Shown here: piece after piece, positions 23,472 to 36,572 of the stretch
Layout: each line of letters opens with the position of its first letter
Position numbering within the stretch: position 1 is the stretch's first letter
Assembly (NCBI GenBank): GCA_051313645.2
Contig: JBNRSN020000019.1
Span: 6,200,001-6,264,000 of the forward strand
Direction: 5' to 3'
From: Centroscyllium fabricii
Lineage: Eukaryota
DNA length: 64,000 nucleotides
The notes under the pieces: model-generated
What the model saw: only the letters and a program-made list of their open reading frames with translations
Databases searched by the model: none
What the model was told of the DNA's origin: nothing
Made by a program: the position numbers and the translations under genes

Positions 23472-23870
23472 GCGGCACGGTGGCACAGTGGTTAGCACTG
23501 TTGCCTCACAGCACTAGGGGCCCGGGTTCAAATCAAGCCTCGGGTACTATCTGTGTGGAGTTTGCACATTCTCCCCGTGTCTGCGTGGGTTTCCTCCGGG
23601 TGCTCCGGTTTCCTCCCACAGTCCAAAGATGTGCGGGTTAGGTTGATTGGCCAGGATAAATTGACCCATAGTGTTAGGGAGATTGAATATGTGGGGTTAC
23701 GGGGATAGGGTGGGATATGTGTCAGTGCAGGCTCGATAGGGATATGGGGAGAAGGCAGGGACAGGGTACTAAATTTGGATGATCAGCCATGATCTCATTG
23801 AATGGCGGAACAGGCTCGAGGGGCCGAATGGCCTACTCCTGCTCCTATCGTCTATGTTTCTATGTTTCTT
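23472..23870 (+). mobile_element. tRNA-derived V-SINE (HE1-like) with a CR1-type tail
   Basis: A box TGGCACAGTGG, B box GGTTCAAATC, V-domain TGTGTGGAGTTTGCACATTCTCCCCGTG, (CTATGTTT)n tail. Confidence 0.9.
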
Positions 23871-24294
23871 TTACATCAATCCTTTTACTAGTTTCTACCA
23901 ATGTCCCCATTACAAATTCTGGTCTGCCTTCGATACCTTCTTTTGTTCAGTTACGTTGGTCGTCCAGTGAGTGTCTTACTTGATTCACAATACCCTATAT
24001 AGGTATCTACTTGTATTATAGCAGAATTTAGAGATAAAGCAGCAGCATATCCTTGTGTTCTGGCCTGGCTATTCATGTCTTTCACACCAATCTCCCTGAA
24101 GGCAAAATGCTTGATAAGGTGAAGCTTAATTTGAATCATTAAGCTGCTTTATTTCACAGTAGGTGAACATACAAAGCAACAGTTATGGTAAGGTTCACTT
24201 AGTTCAGTCGGCACAACTTAGCTTCGTATAATGATACCAAATAAAGGACATGCTACGCTTCCTCACATCATTGGGTTGTCTTACTGGACTTAAT

Positions 24295-25456
24295 GGGGTC
24301 AATTTTCCCTCGGGTGTGGGAAATTGGCGGTTTTAGAGCACAAGAAATAGGAGCAGGAGTAGGCCATTCGGCCCCTCGAGCCTGCTCCGCCATTCAACAA
24401 GATCATGGCTGATCTGATCCTAACCTCAATTTTATTTTTACTCTCCATCCCGCCCGACCCCATGTGATCTCCCGGGGAGAGGCGAAAAACCAGATAAAAA
24501 ACCCAGTGGCCAATTTGGGAGAAAAAATCTGGGAAATTCCTCTCCGACCCATCTAGGCGATCGAAAACTGGTCCAGGAGATCACATGGCCGATCTGAACC
24601 TAGCCTCACGTCCACTTACCTGCCCGCTCACCATAACCCCTAATTCCCAGAATTCCCTTGACTTCCAGCGGGTCATGTTTCCCACACGAATACTAAAGGG
24701 CCTGGGAGCCCCACACAATTTTGGCTCAGTTGGCCAATTGATTCCCCACGTGTGGGAACCCTTGCCAATTGACTGTTTCCAGTCTGAAAGTCAGTGGCGC
24801 CGGAATGGTGCCGGCTGCTTAAAGATGAGAGCCCCGTTTCAATGCGAAGTGCTGGAGAGCCCTTTGATTGACAGCTGCTGGTCAGTTTCAATGCAAAGTG
24901 CTGCAGAGCCCTTTCATTGACAGCTGCTGGTCAGTTTCAATGAGAAGTGCTGCAGAGCCCTTTCATTGACACCTGCTGCAGAGCTATCTGTCAAACATAA
25001 AAAAGAACTGCAAGGTGAGTTTATAAAAAGCTATAATCTCACTGATATTGTATACACTGGGGATACAGTTAGCCCTCCTGCAGGCTGCTACCTAGGGACA
25101 ACTTCTGGTACAGCTGATTGCATGTCATCCTTTGACTTGCAGCTGATAGTCAGCAAGCCGATTGTGTCCCCGCCAGGTTTCATCAGCGGGGTTTCCAGCT
25201 GGCGGTTTATGGGTGGGGAATGCCTGAAAATTGCAAGGACCCCTTAAAATGGCATTATACATGCCAATTAAGGGTGCTTAAGTAGTCTAATGACCATTCC
25301 CGCTGGTTGCGGGCAGGAAAGTTTTGGGCCGGACAGACACGGCCGTGGGAAATCGGAAAGCGGCGGAGGGTAGGGGGGTCAGGACCCCCCGGTTTTGCGA
25401 TTTTCCACCCCGCTGCACCGGAAAACCCGCCTCGCGGCCCGAGGAAAATTTACCCC
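24295..25456. mobile_element. Harbinger-type MITE carrying a nested CR1 3' fragment (about 24337-24650, minus strand)
   Basis: TIR GGGGTCAATTTTCC / GGAAAATTTACCCC; flanks AAT/ACT. Confidence 0.8.
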
Positions 25457-27075
25457 ACTGTCTTCTAGGTGTTCCTCCAACAGTTAAGTCTTTCTGAGCC
25501 ATCCTGAAGCATTCTCAGTTGTCTGCTTTCCCTCTACCTCTGCCCAGGCAGATAGGGATGAAAGTGTTTTCCAACTCAATTGGGGAAGTTTTAACATCCC
25601 ACCCCCTCAGCCACCATGGGTGAGAGAAGAGCGGGTGGGGTAGGTAAAAGTTTGAAACCCACCTGGAACGTTCCCACTTCCGATTTTATTTGAGGCAGGT
25701 TGGACGAGTGGGTGACTAACCTGCTGTCATCTGGTAGCTCAATTATTTAAAAGTGCTCGTTAGGCTGCTGCCTTACATTTTAACAGACTTTTACATGTAA
25801 CGGCTGCGGGACAGATTTCCTCTGGTTCAGGAAATCCAGCAGTTGAAGGGAGGGGAGAATGGCCGGCTCCAGCAGGTGAGTGCCTTTCCAGCACTGCTTG
25901 TGGGCCAGGAGGAGCAGGCATGCTTTGCCCCAGCGCCTCAAGCAAACCTTCATCCCTCCCTGCGATCGGCCACCTACCCCCACGATCCGCCACCCCCTCC
26001 GGGATTCAAAGCCCCTCCGGTCCAAAGCCCCCCGACTCGCAAATTTTTCAATTTACCCCTCCCCTCCCCGCGATAACCTCTTGACCCATGGTCTGTTTAA
26101 TTCCCTCTCTCCGATATTGCCCCTCCCGCACTCGACCAGCGATCTCTTCAACCCCCTGCGTTCTCGCTCCCTCCTTCCTCTCCGCCCCCAGCTGCAGCCT
26201 TCCAGTGCAGACCACTCAATCTGGCTGGCTGCAGACCGGCTTTCCCAGCCGCTATGACACCCATCGGCTTTCTCCCCGTAAATATCAGGGCCAATGGGTT
26301 TGAGGTATTTTGCTGTTACCTAGATAAGCAAACACCTGTTTTCCAAGAGTTTCCTTATGACATTTATTCTTGCACACTTTATGAACTTGACAACTTTCCG
26401 AGATATGTAATATTGATTGTAAAGCCATCTTGCATCTGCAAGCTTAGGAGTGTGTTGTCTACCACTGACATTAAGATCCAACCCATCATTCAACATTGTA
26501 TCCTGCAGAAAACCAATTGGCCAAACAATTAACGTTGCAGTTTCATCCATTTGTACAATTCAAAACTCTGCTAATTTTGAAATAAATCTGTATGGTTTCC
26601 TTGAAGTTCAATCTCTTGTGCCATCTTCCCACAAGTAGTTTGATAATTTTAAGCTTCGATTGCTGTCAATTCTTCTGAACCTTTGGGCTGAATTTTACAC
26701 AAAAATCGGTGGGTTAGGGTCGGGTCAGATGTTAAAATTAAAAAAATCAGAAGCCCAATCTCAACCCGCCCACTTCTGGACAACCAACCCACTCTCAGGA
26801 GGTGGGTTGGTAATTTAACTATTTTAATGAGGCTGGCAGTCCCTGATTTAACCGGGCGGCCGGGATTCCCAGGCCTCCGGACACCCGACAGCTGAAGTGA
26901 GGCAAGGACAGCTTCGGGGAGAAGGTAAGGGCCTTCACAGGACTGCTTGTGGGCCGGGGCGGGGGGGGGAGTGCGGCAGGATTGCTTCTCCCCAGCCCCC
27001 CAAGATTCCTCCCATCAGATACCTCCCACCCCCCCACCACCATACAAAGGCCCCTGGGATTTTGGATTGGACCCC

Positions 27076-27360
27076 TGATGTACGATCAATTACCACGAGT
27101 CGACGAAGTAAGGTAACTGAGGCTTTTATTAGCAAAGAACTGGAGTACAGGTCTTGTCACTATCAGGTCCTGGAATGCCACGAGGTCAGCAGGGCTGCCA
27201 CCTTTATACAGCCGTCTGTGGGTGGAGCCAGGAGGCGGAGCCGGCTGAGGCGGAGCCGGCTGAAGCATCCCAGGTAGATCTCAGGTGGGCAAGAGGTAAC
27301 TATATACCATACAGAGACTATATACAATACAGCAGTATTAGTGGTAAATGGTTTACCACA
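27076..27360 (-). mobile_element. Solo LTR of the compact Gypsy lineage
   Basis: Minus strand TGTGGTAAACC...ACATCA, with TATAAA and AATAAAAGCC; TSD ACCCC (27071-27075, 27361-27365); sits in an older MITE-like remnant. Confidence 0.92.
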
Positions 27361-27637
27361 ACCCCCCCCCCACCCACCCCGGTCAGGGCCAAAAGGCACA
27401 CACTGTGGAGTTCAAATTCTACAGCATGCTCTGCCCACACCCCGCCCATGTTAATATCCAGGCCTTTTAGTCTGTTGATGTTATCTGCATTCCACCCGCT
27501 CTATATAAAAAAGATTATTTGATATCAACTGTCGACCTTTCTAAAACTACTTTTTTCTGAATAATGGCACTGAAAATTTGGGTCTCTCTGAGGCAGATAG
27601 AAAGCTCCATCACTATTTCTTGCACACAATGCACAAT

Positions 27638-28029
27638 GGGCGGCACGGTGGCATAGTGGTTAGCACTGTTGCCTCACAGCACTAGAGACCCGGGTTTAAA
27701 TCCAGCCTCGGGTACTCGCTGTGTGGAGTTTGCACATTCTCCCCGTGTCTGCGTGGGTTTCCTCCGGGTGCTCCGGTTTCCTCCCACAGTCCAAAGATGT
27801 GCGGGTTAGGTTGATTGGCCAGGATAAATTGACCTTTAGTGTTAGGGGGATTAAATATGTGGGGTTACGGGGATAGGGTGGGATATGTGTCGGTGCAGGC
27901 TCGATAGGGATGTGGGGACAAGGCAGGGACAGGGTGCTGGGTTTGGATGATCAGCCATGACTTCATTGAATGGCGGAGCAGGCTCGAAGGGCCGAATGGC
28001 CTACTCCTGCTCCTATCTTCTATGTTTCT
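27638..28029 (+). mobile_element. Full-length V-SINE (HE1-like)
   Basis: GGGCGGCACGGTGGC head, A and B boxes, CR1-type tail; 9-bp TSD ATGCACAAT. Confidence 0.92.
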
Positions 28030-28349
28030 ATGCACAATTAATCGTGTTGTGGTAGGTGAAGAATTATTTAACACATCTTCCTATCTAACATTATTCGGGC
28101 ATTCCATGAAACTTCAGTAGGAGTTAAATGAAAATTAAAGCCTTGGGAGTTATGGGAGTTTTTGCACCTTCTGCACTGGTTGTACAGATGCCCCTATAAA
28201 GAGGAGAATGGGAATGAAGGCGGCTTTGAGATAGTGAGGTTCAGGATTGTGATACACACCTTATTCAAAACCAAATTGGAGAGTTTGAAGCATTAATAAC
28301 TCTGAAGGGATATGATATAGTAACTATGACAGATGTAGAAAGGACTCGG

Positions 28350-28600
28350 GCCATAATGTTTCTTCACCTCTCACCGACCTTCCCTTTTGTTCTTTCATCC
28401 CCTCCCCCATTTCCCAGCCCCCAAACTGGCCTTTTAACCTGTTTAATGTCCTGCTTTTTTCTCAGTTCTGACGAAGGGTTTCGAGCTGAAACGTTGACTC
28501 TGTTTCCCTCTCCACGGATGTTGCCTGGCCTGCTGAGTTTTTCCAGCGTTGTCTGTTGTTATTTCAGATGACCAGCATCCGCAGTATTTTTCTATCGTAC
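28350..28600 (+). mobile_element. Penelope 3' pseudo-LTR fragment with a decayed hammerhead
   Basis: Homologous to 50800-51005; CTGACGA AGGGTTTCGAGCT GAAACGTT at about 28468-28495. Confidence 0.8.
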
Positions 28601-28619
28601 TCGGGCCTTAATATGCCTG

Positions 28620-30620
28620 GTTATAACATTTTCAGGAGGATAAACAGGAAAAGTGCATTGGAGTGGTAGTGCTAGTAAAAGATTCGATAATTCACTAGAA
28701 CGTGAGTATGTCCTGAGGCAGCTGCATTAAAACAGAATCCTGATGGATAGAGGGAGAAATAGGAAGGCAAATGATACAATTCTCGGGGCGCATTATCGGC
28801 CAGCAAACAGTGGTGAGAAGATGGAAGGGAATATCTGCGGACAGATCAGAAAGATATGCAAGAATAACAGTGCAATGATACTGGGTGATTTGAACTATCC
28901 CCACATAGACGAGGATAAAGGTAATGCATGTGGTTAAAGTGGGGAATGTGTTTTAGAATGCATCCAGGACCACTTTCTAAATCAGTGGGGGGGATTTCCC
29001 CAAAGGTGCGGGAACCTGGCGAGGATTGGTCGGGTCGGGTTTCTGTCCCGCCCGCCCAAGAGCCTGGAAACCCACTGCATTTTTCCATAAATTGATCAAT
29101 TAAATCCCCGCGTGCGGGGAGCCACTTGGAATTGCCTGACTCGAGTCGGCAATCAGGGAGCTGCAGTGGGGAGCGAGGAGTTTGACAGACAGTTCCAGGG
29201 ACTGTCTGTTGAGAGTTGCCATGGAAACACTCCATTGTGACATAACAATGGAGTGCAACCAATCGCAAAGGCCAAGTGGTTTGAGTAACAGGTGGATGGT
29301 CAGGCTGCAAATCTTTGACAGTTAGGGAGCGTCTCTCAATCGATCTGTCAAGGTAAGGTTTTTAAGGTTTTTCTCCACAGCTGCTCTTCACCCAAGGGAG
29401 TCACTTACACCTCCAGGGTGTTGAAGGCCTGGAAAGCATTCTGCTCTAGGTCCTTCAATGCCTTGAAGGCGAAAGTGACCAAGGCCACTGTGCTCCCGCT
29501 GGGTTTCAGGATGGTGGGGTTTGGATGGGAAGGGGTTTAAAATAGGTGAGGGCCCTTAAAATGGCATTATCCAGTCCAATTAAGGGCCCTCAATTACTTC
29601 AACGAACATCCCAGCCGGCGGCGGGCGGGAAAAATTCGGGACACGCTGCCCGAAACTTACAAGCCGGCGGCGATCTGGCGGGGGGCGGGACCACCCGGCT
29701 CCGTGATTTTAGGCCCCGCCGGAAAGCCGCCCTCACGGATCGAGGAAAATCACCCCCATTATGTTTCTAGTCCAACAAGGAAAGATACGTTGTTTGATTT
29801 AGTTCTGGGATATGAAGTAAGGCAAATAGCAGATGAGAGTAGAGGAACTATTGGGAAATAGATATCACCACAGAATTAGGTTCAATGTAAAAATAGAAAA
29901 GGAGAATGAAGAGTCAAATATAAGGCTGCTGGACTGGCAAACAGTCAAGTTTAATTATTAGAGATAACTGCAGAAAAGGAATTGCTTCTGAAAGAATTAG
30001 CAGATCTCAAGGTGACTAATTCACCACACCCGGTAACATCCATCCTAGGTTGTTGAAAGAAATCAGAGAAGACAAAGAAAACAGTGGTTAGCACTGTTGC
30101 CTCACAGCGCCAGGGACCGGGTTCAAATCCAGCCTCAGGTACTATCTGTCTGGAGTTTGCACATTCTCCCCGTGTCTGCGTGGGTTTCCGGTTTCCTCCC
30201 ACAGTCCAAAGATGTGCGGGTTAGGTTGATTGGCCAGGATAAATTGACCCTTAGTGTTAGGGGGATTGAATATGTGGGGTTACGGGGATAGGGTGGGATA
30301 TAGAAACATAGAAACATAGAAACTAGGAGCAGGAGTAGGCCATTTGGCCCTTCGAGCCTGCTCCGCCATTCAACGAGATCATGGCTGATCATCCAAACCC
30401 AGTACCCCGCCCCTGCCCTCTCCCCATATCCCTATCGAGCCTGCATCGACACATATCCCACCTTATCCCCATAACCCCACATATTCAATCCCCCTAATAT
30501 GTGTCAGTGCAGGCTCGATGGGCCGAAATGGCCTCTATCTGCACTGTAGGGATTCTATGATTCGATGATAAGAGATAACTGAGGCTTTGGCCATAATTTT
30601 TCAATCCTCCTTAAGTAGGT
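28620..30620 (+). mobile_element. Decayed CR1 endonuclease-region fragment interrupted by a MITE (28987-29757) and SINE pieces (30082-30560)
   Basis: ILGAHYRPANS..MILGDLNYPHID..FLNQ/YVSSPTR..LFDLVL motifs; MITE with GGGGGGGATTT / AAATCACCCCC ends. Confidence 0.75.
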
Positions 30621-31439
30621 GCTGTTGGACTCGAGAAAGGGAGAACACAATAAACTCTGTAGGGATGCTCCCTTTTACTTTCCCCCCCTTCCTTAAACTT
30701 GATAACTTAAACTTATCAACTTGTAGAAGAGTCTGTCACCCAGCACAGTGAGTGCTGGTTCAATTGAAGCACTCAAAAGGGATTTAGACAGATTCCAGAT
30801 TCAGCGGGGACTATAGAGATCTACGTTTGAGATCAGAGAAATATGAAAAATTGTCAGTACAGATTTTGAAAGAGTACCTAAATAACAGGGCAAGCCAAAT
30901 CGACTAAATGTATAATTCCACTCCAAAAAGGTAATTCATTGTGTGAAGTACATTGAGACATTCAAACATAACAAGGTGATATATGTAAGTACTTTTTCTT
31001 CATCCTGTTATTAAATGGCCACCTCCGTTTGAAATATTCTGTTCTTATTGAATGTAACATACAAAGCCAATCTGGATGTCCCTCCAGTGATGTGGATACC
31101 TCCATCTTTTCACATACTTTTAGACTAACTTATTTCCACCTCTGTACAAATCTGTCCAGAGATCCACAGTCTAAGCAACCCACTAATGTCTGTATCATGG
31201 GCTGAACATTCCATGACACAGGGCAGCGCCATGGAATGTGGAGAGCTATACATGGGTTACTTTATTTACTCTACACAGGATGCCCCAGTGGACTCCAATT
31301 TACATTGCAGTGAAAACCGCGTGGGCCAAGCTTCTCATTTTTAATTCAGAAAAGGCCAATTTAAGCCGTGCAATGTTTCTACAGATTTGTTAATTGAAAA
31401 TAATGGATGCATTGAGTAGTTCATCAGTAAGTACATGTT

Positions 31440-32490
31440 ATAGAATCATAGAATGGTTACAGCACAGAAGGAGGCCATTCGGCCCGTCGAGCCTGTGCTG
31501 GCTCTCTGCAAGAGCACTTCAGCTAGTCCCAGTACCCCGCCTTTCCCCGTAACCCTGAAAATGTCTTTCCTTCTGATACTTATCCAATTCCCTTTTGAAA
31601 GATAAGATTGATTCTGCCTCCACCACCCTTTTAGGCAGTACATTCCAGATCTTAACCACTCGCTGCATAAAAAAGCTTTTTCTTCATGTCGCTTTTGGTT
31701 CTTCTGACAATCGCCTTAAATCTGTGTCCTCTGGTTCTCGACCCTTCCACCAATGGGAACAGTTTCTCTCTATCTACTCTGTCCAGACCCCTCATGATTT
31801 TGAACACCTCGATCAAATCGCCTCTCAATCTTCTCTGATCTAAGGAGAACAACCCAGTTTCATAGAATCATAGAATCCCTACAGTGCAGATAGAGGCCAT
31901 TTCGGCCTATCGAGCCTGCACCGACCCATATCCCACCCTATCCCCGCAACCCCACATATTTAATCGCCCTAACACTAAGGGTCAATTTATCCTGGCCAAT
32001 CAACTTAACCCGCACATCTTTGGACTGTGGGAGGAAACCGGAGCACCCGGAGGAAACCCACGCATACACGGGGAGAATGTGCAAACTCCGCACAGGTGGT
32101 CACCAGTCTATCAACGTAACTGGAGTTGCTCATTCCTGGAATCATTCTCGTAAATCTTTTCTGCATCCTCTCTAAGACCTTCACATCCTTTCTAAAATGT
32201 GGTGCCCAGAATTGGACACAGTATTCCAGTTGGGGCCGAACCAGTGTTTTATCATAATTTATAGGTTCATCATAATTTCCACACTTTTGTACTCTATATA
32301 CCTCTATTTATGAAGCCTAGGATCCCGTGTGCTTTTTTTTCACCGCTTTCTCAACCTGCTCTGCTACCTTCAACGATTTGTGCACGCATACCCCCAGGTC
32401 TCTTTGTTCCTGCACCCCCTTCAGGATTGTACCCTTTAGTTTGTACGCCCTCTCCTCATTCATTCTACCAAAATGTATCACTTCACACTT
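31440..32490 (-). mobile_element. CR1 3' end with a nested SINE (31861-32095)
   Basis: FSLDQRRLRGDLIEVFKIMRG..TRGH and a (CATAGAAT)n tail; the reverse SINE copy splits it. Confidence 0.88.
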
Positions 32491-33431
32491 TTCTGTTCGC
32501 AGATTGAATGTAGTATTTAGTCATTCAAATCTTTTTCAGTAGCCTTGAAACCTAATACGGGATCTTTTTCTCTCAGATGCATAGGACGTCTTAAACCCTC
32601 ATTGGAAATCTTGTATAGATACCAGATGATTTAGTGAGTGCAATTAGCGCTGAAGACAGATTTCCAGCCGGTATAAAGTAGACTTGTATTTATGATCCAT
32701 TGTAGGCATATTCACTGCACTCATTCAATCCCAATACACTCTTAACTGTTAATGCTAATTACTGTGTTACAGATTTAGATGTCAAGCTGTGAGGGAGAAC
32801 TGCTGGGATTTGCTGGAAAGAATACTAGGAAGCAATTCGAGCTCAACCTATTAGTGCCTCACTTTACACACCATTTTATAACAAACAGGGCTAATCTGCT
32901 GCAGATGGCAAGAATATTAGGCAGTGTGCATGTTAGAAAAGTGCACTATACATATTTGGGAATATTAAGTTACTGAGCAGTAAGCACCAACTTTCAACAG
33001 GATACGCTTGAATCTCAGTTGAAAATAATCTCAAATTCTGTTGAAGATTTCACAACAATTTCTGCGCAAAATTGAACTGAAGTTAAAAATGGGTTGGATG
33101 ACCACAGAACTATGTTATGGTCTGTCTGGAATCTTCACCTGTCAGTGATACTTGAACAGAAGCCTGAAGAGGAGGCTTATCATCACAATCCCTTTGTGAA
33201 AAGCAAATCATAAAGAGTGGGTCATTTTCACCTTCACCCCTTGGGCAGTAAACTGATGGATTGGATCGGCCATCCAGTGCACGATTGTCCCGGGTTTTCC
33301 ATGGCTTTTCCATCAAAGTTAAGGCAGACGAATGAGAGAGTCTCTACGGAAATTGGCCCCCAAGATTTTCAATATATTATAGAATATTAGTAGATACTAA
33401 TGACCTAGTTCTGACGAAGGGTCATCGACCT

Positions 33432-34262
33432 GGGGGGGACTTTGGCGGAAGGGCGGGAACCTGGCGGGGATTGGTCTGGGCGGCTTCCGGCCCCGCCCGC
33501 CCAAACAGCTGGGAAGCCCACGCAATTTTAGTTTAATGAGGTTGTTAAATCCCCGTCTGCGGGAGCAGGAGGTAATTAGGTCAATCGAGTCGGGCTGCAG
33601 TGGAGCTGCGAGCACTTTGATTGACAGTTCAAGCACTGGTTGTTGTCAGTTCCCATGGAAACACTCCACTGTGACATCACAGTGGAGTGGAGCCAATGGG
33701 AAAGGCTAAGTGCTGGTGACTGACAGGTGGGCGGGCGGGCTCAGAATCCCTCACAGCTCGGCAGCGGCTGTGAGGACATGGTCAGAACTGAGATTGCTCA
33801 GTTTCTGTTCACAGCTGATGCTGAAGCCAGAACGGAGGTACTTACTCCTCTAAGGTGCTGGAGGCATGCCAAGCATTTGGCAGCATGTACTTCACACCTT
33901 AAAGGAGAAAGTAATAAATTCAAGAAGTCACACAACACCAGGTTATAGTCCAAAAGTTATAACCAGTGCTGTGCTCCCAGCGGGGTTTAAGGTGGCGGGG
34001 TTAGGGCGGAAAACAGGGCAAAATGGCTGAGGGCCCTTAAAATGGCATTAGAGATGCCAATTAAGGGCCCTTAACGAGGTGACAACCCATCCCCACCGGT
34101 CGGCGGCGGGAAGGTTTCGGGGCGGGGAATCTGGGTGGGCAAAAATGAGAAACTGGCGGGGATCTGGCGGGTGGGGTGGGGGGGGCGGGATCCATCGATT
34201 CCGCTATTTTGCCGGCCGGGCTACCCAAAACCCCGCCTCACGGGGACATGAAAATACCCCCC
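33432..34262. mobile_element. Harbinger-type MITE inserted into a Penelope hammerhead
   Basis: Poly-G and poly-C ends; left flank CTGACGAAGGGTCATCGACCT, right flank TTAACTCTG..CCACAGATGCTG. Confidence 0.85.
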
Positions 34263-34469
34263 ATTAACTCTGTTCTGTCTCCACAGATGCTGCTTGACCT
34301 GCTGAGTATTTCCAACATTTTCTGTTTTTATTTCAGATTTCCAGCATCCACAGTATTTTGCTTTTGTATTCGTAGATACCTGATGTGGGACTAAATTGTA
34401 CAACTCTTTCAAAGAGCTGGCACAGGCAAGATGGGTCGAATGGTCTCCTGCTGTGCTGTAAGATTCTAT

Positions 34470-35206
34470 GGGGGAAAAATTGGGTTGTGCCCCGTTTGGG
34501 GCGCTAACCTCGGAAAGTAGCGCCCCGAAAAAGTAAGCGCCGTTCCGCCTTAAATTGGGTTTTAGCACCCCAAGTAGGAGGTGGAGCGCTACTGCAAGCA
34601 CCCCACCTCGTTCCTTGGGCGCAACAACTGAAGTTTGGGCCAGTGTCGCTGCGCCACACTCTGCAGCCATGGTACTGCAGGCCTCCCGCCCCTTCTTAAA
34701 AGGGAGTGGCCTAGCGTTGCGCGGACCGGCGCCCTGCTGGACCGCTGGGGATTGGAGTGCCAGCAAAGGAGCCCGGCACTCGAGGGAAGTGCCGGGCTCA
34801 CGGAGCACAGCCAGCACTCCTAGGGGACATCGGGGAAGGCCGGGGATGGCAGAGGGGGCAGGTGCTGGCAGTCGGCCAGCAAGAAAAATGGCCACCCGGC
34901 ACCCCCCCTTTAAATAGCGCTGCCCCGGCTGCAACTGCCGCCCCCCTGACCCTGTCGGTGACAGCATCGGGGACTAAGTCAGGGGGCATGACTGAAGTTC
35001 GCGGCCGGGTCGCGAGCGAGGCGCTGCGCATGGCGATGACGTCATCACCAGTGGCGCAGTGCCACGGGGTGCTAACGGCTGCCGCCGCCAGCACCCCGCT
35101 GATTATCACAGGAGGCACTAGCCCAGGCGCTAGGTGCCGTGCGCCTCCATTAGCAGCCCTCTTAGGGTGCTAACGGCTGCTGCAAGCCACCCTACTTTCC
35201 CCCCCC
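34470..35206. mobile_element. GC-rich non-autonomous DNA element with TAGCGCC repeats (probably Harbinger-type)
   Basis: GGGGGAAAAATTGGG...CCCTACTTTCCCCCCCC ends; related remnants at about 18960-19210 and 36235-36570. Confidence 0.6.
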
Positions 35207-36572
35207 AGATTCTAGACGGATATACAGCGAAACAGAACAGATGCACTCATAAATGGAGTGGGGTGAGAAAGAATAGGGAATGCAGTAGTAATATCTACTG
35301 ATGTTAATTGGCTTGCTTGCCTGCATTCTTGGGCATAGCAACTCACCCAAAGCCACTGGCCCACAGTGATATCCACCAACTTTATTTAAACAAAAATATT
35401 TCATTTAAATGTGGCCCAAAGTGCACCACGTTCCCTGCTCCCAGTTCTTGGCCCATATATCAGAATCTTACCTGTTGATGGGTTTAAAAAGCCAGCAACA
35501 TCACAAAGGGCAGAAGTTAATTTCACTCCCCCTGGTGGTATTTGGCATCTGGCAGTGGGACTCCCCAGTGGTCATTTTCCGACTTGGCACTGCCAGCGGG
35601 GAGCCTCGCCCATGGACAGCACATATCGGAACTTGATGCTTGCTGTGCATGGATCCCAAACTCGTTGATCAGAAAATTACGTGTAGCAGGCAACCAAATT
35701 TCCAATATGTGCTCTCTGCTGGCAACGATTCCTGTCAGCATCATAACAACAACTTGCATTTAATAAAGTGCCTTTAACATAGTAAACCGTCCCAAAGTGT
35801 TCACAGGACCGTTATCAAAGAAAATTTTGGCACCAAGCCACATAATGAGATATTGGGACAAGTGACCAAAAGCTTACATATGAATTAGGAGCAGGAGTAG
35901 GCCACTCGGCCCCTCGAGCCTGCTCCGCCTTTCAATAAGATCATGGCTGATCTGATTACTCCACATTCCCGCCTACTCCCGATAACCTTTCACCCCCTTG
36001 TTTACCAAGAATCTATCTCCCTCTGCCTTAAAAATATTCAAAGACTCTGCTTCCACCACCCTCTGAGGAAGAGAGATCCAAAGACTCACCACCCTCTGAG
36101 AAAAAATATTCTCCTCATCTCTGTCTTAACTGAGCAACCCCTTATTTTTAATCAGTGACCCCTAGTTCTAGATTCGCCCACAAGAAGAAACATCCTCTCC
36201 ACATCCACCCTGTCCCGACCCCTCAGGATCTTATGGGCATGAAATTGGTGCCTTAGCGCTGTCTGTGTAGCGCCGAAAAATGGGCGTAGGAGGGGTTTGC
36301 GCTGAGCGCAAAAAATTTAGCGCCGGGCACTAAATTAGCCACCCGACCAGCGCCGGCGCTAAATGTTAGCACGCGCTAATTTGCGATCGGCAATCATCGT
36401 GCATATCCGGGTGCAACGCCCGCCCGCCGGGCTGCACCTGAAATTCGCCTTTGCGCCAGTCCCCCCGGTGCAGCGCTGCCAGCGCCAGCTTTGGCAAGCG
36501 CTGCTGAGGGTCTGAGTGGCCGCTGCAGCGCTGCTAAAAGGGCAACACTCCCTTTCCTCAGTAGCCTCTTCG

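Noticed and set aside
23472-23545. tRNA-like sequences with A and B boxes (also 27638, 51106)
   Set aside because: They are SINE heads continuous with the V-domain and LINE-derived tail, not tRNA genes.
34221-34967. 248-aa ORF
   Set aside because: It spans a GC-rich MITE, a CR1 tail and a Penelope tail; low complexity and no domain.
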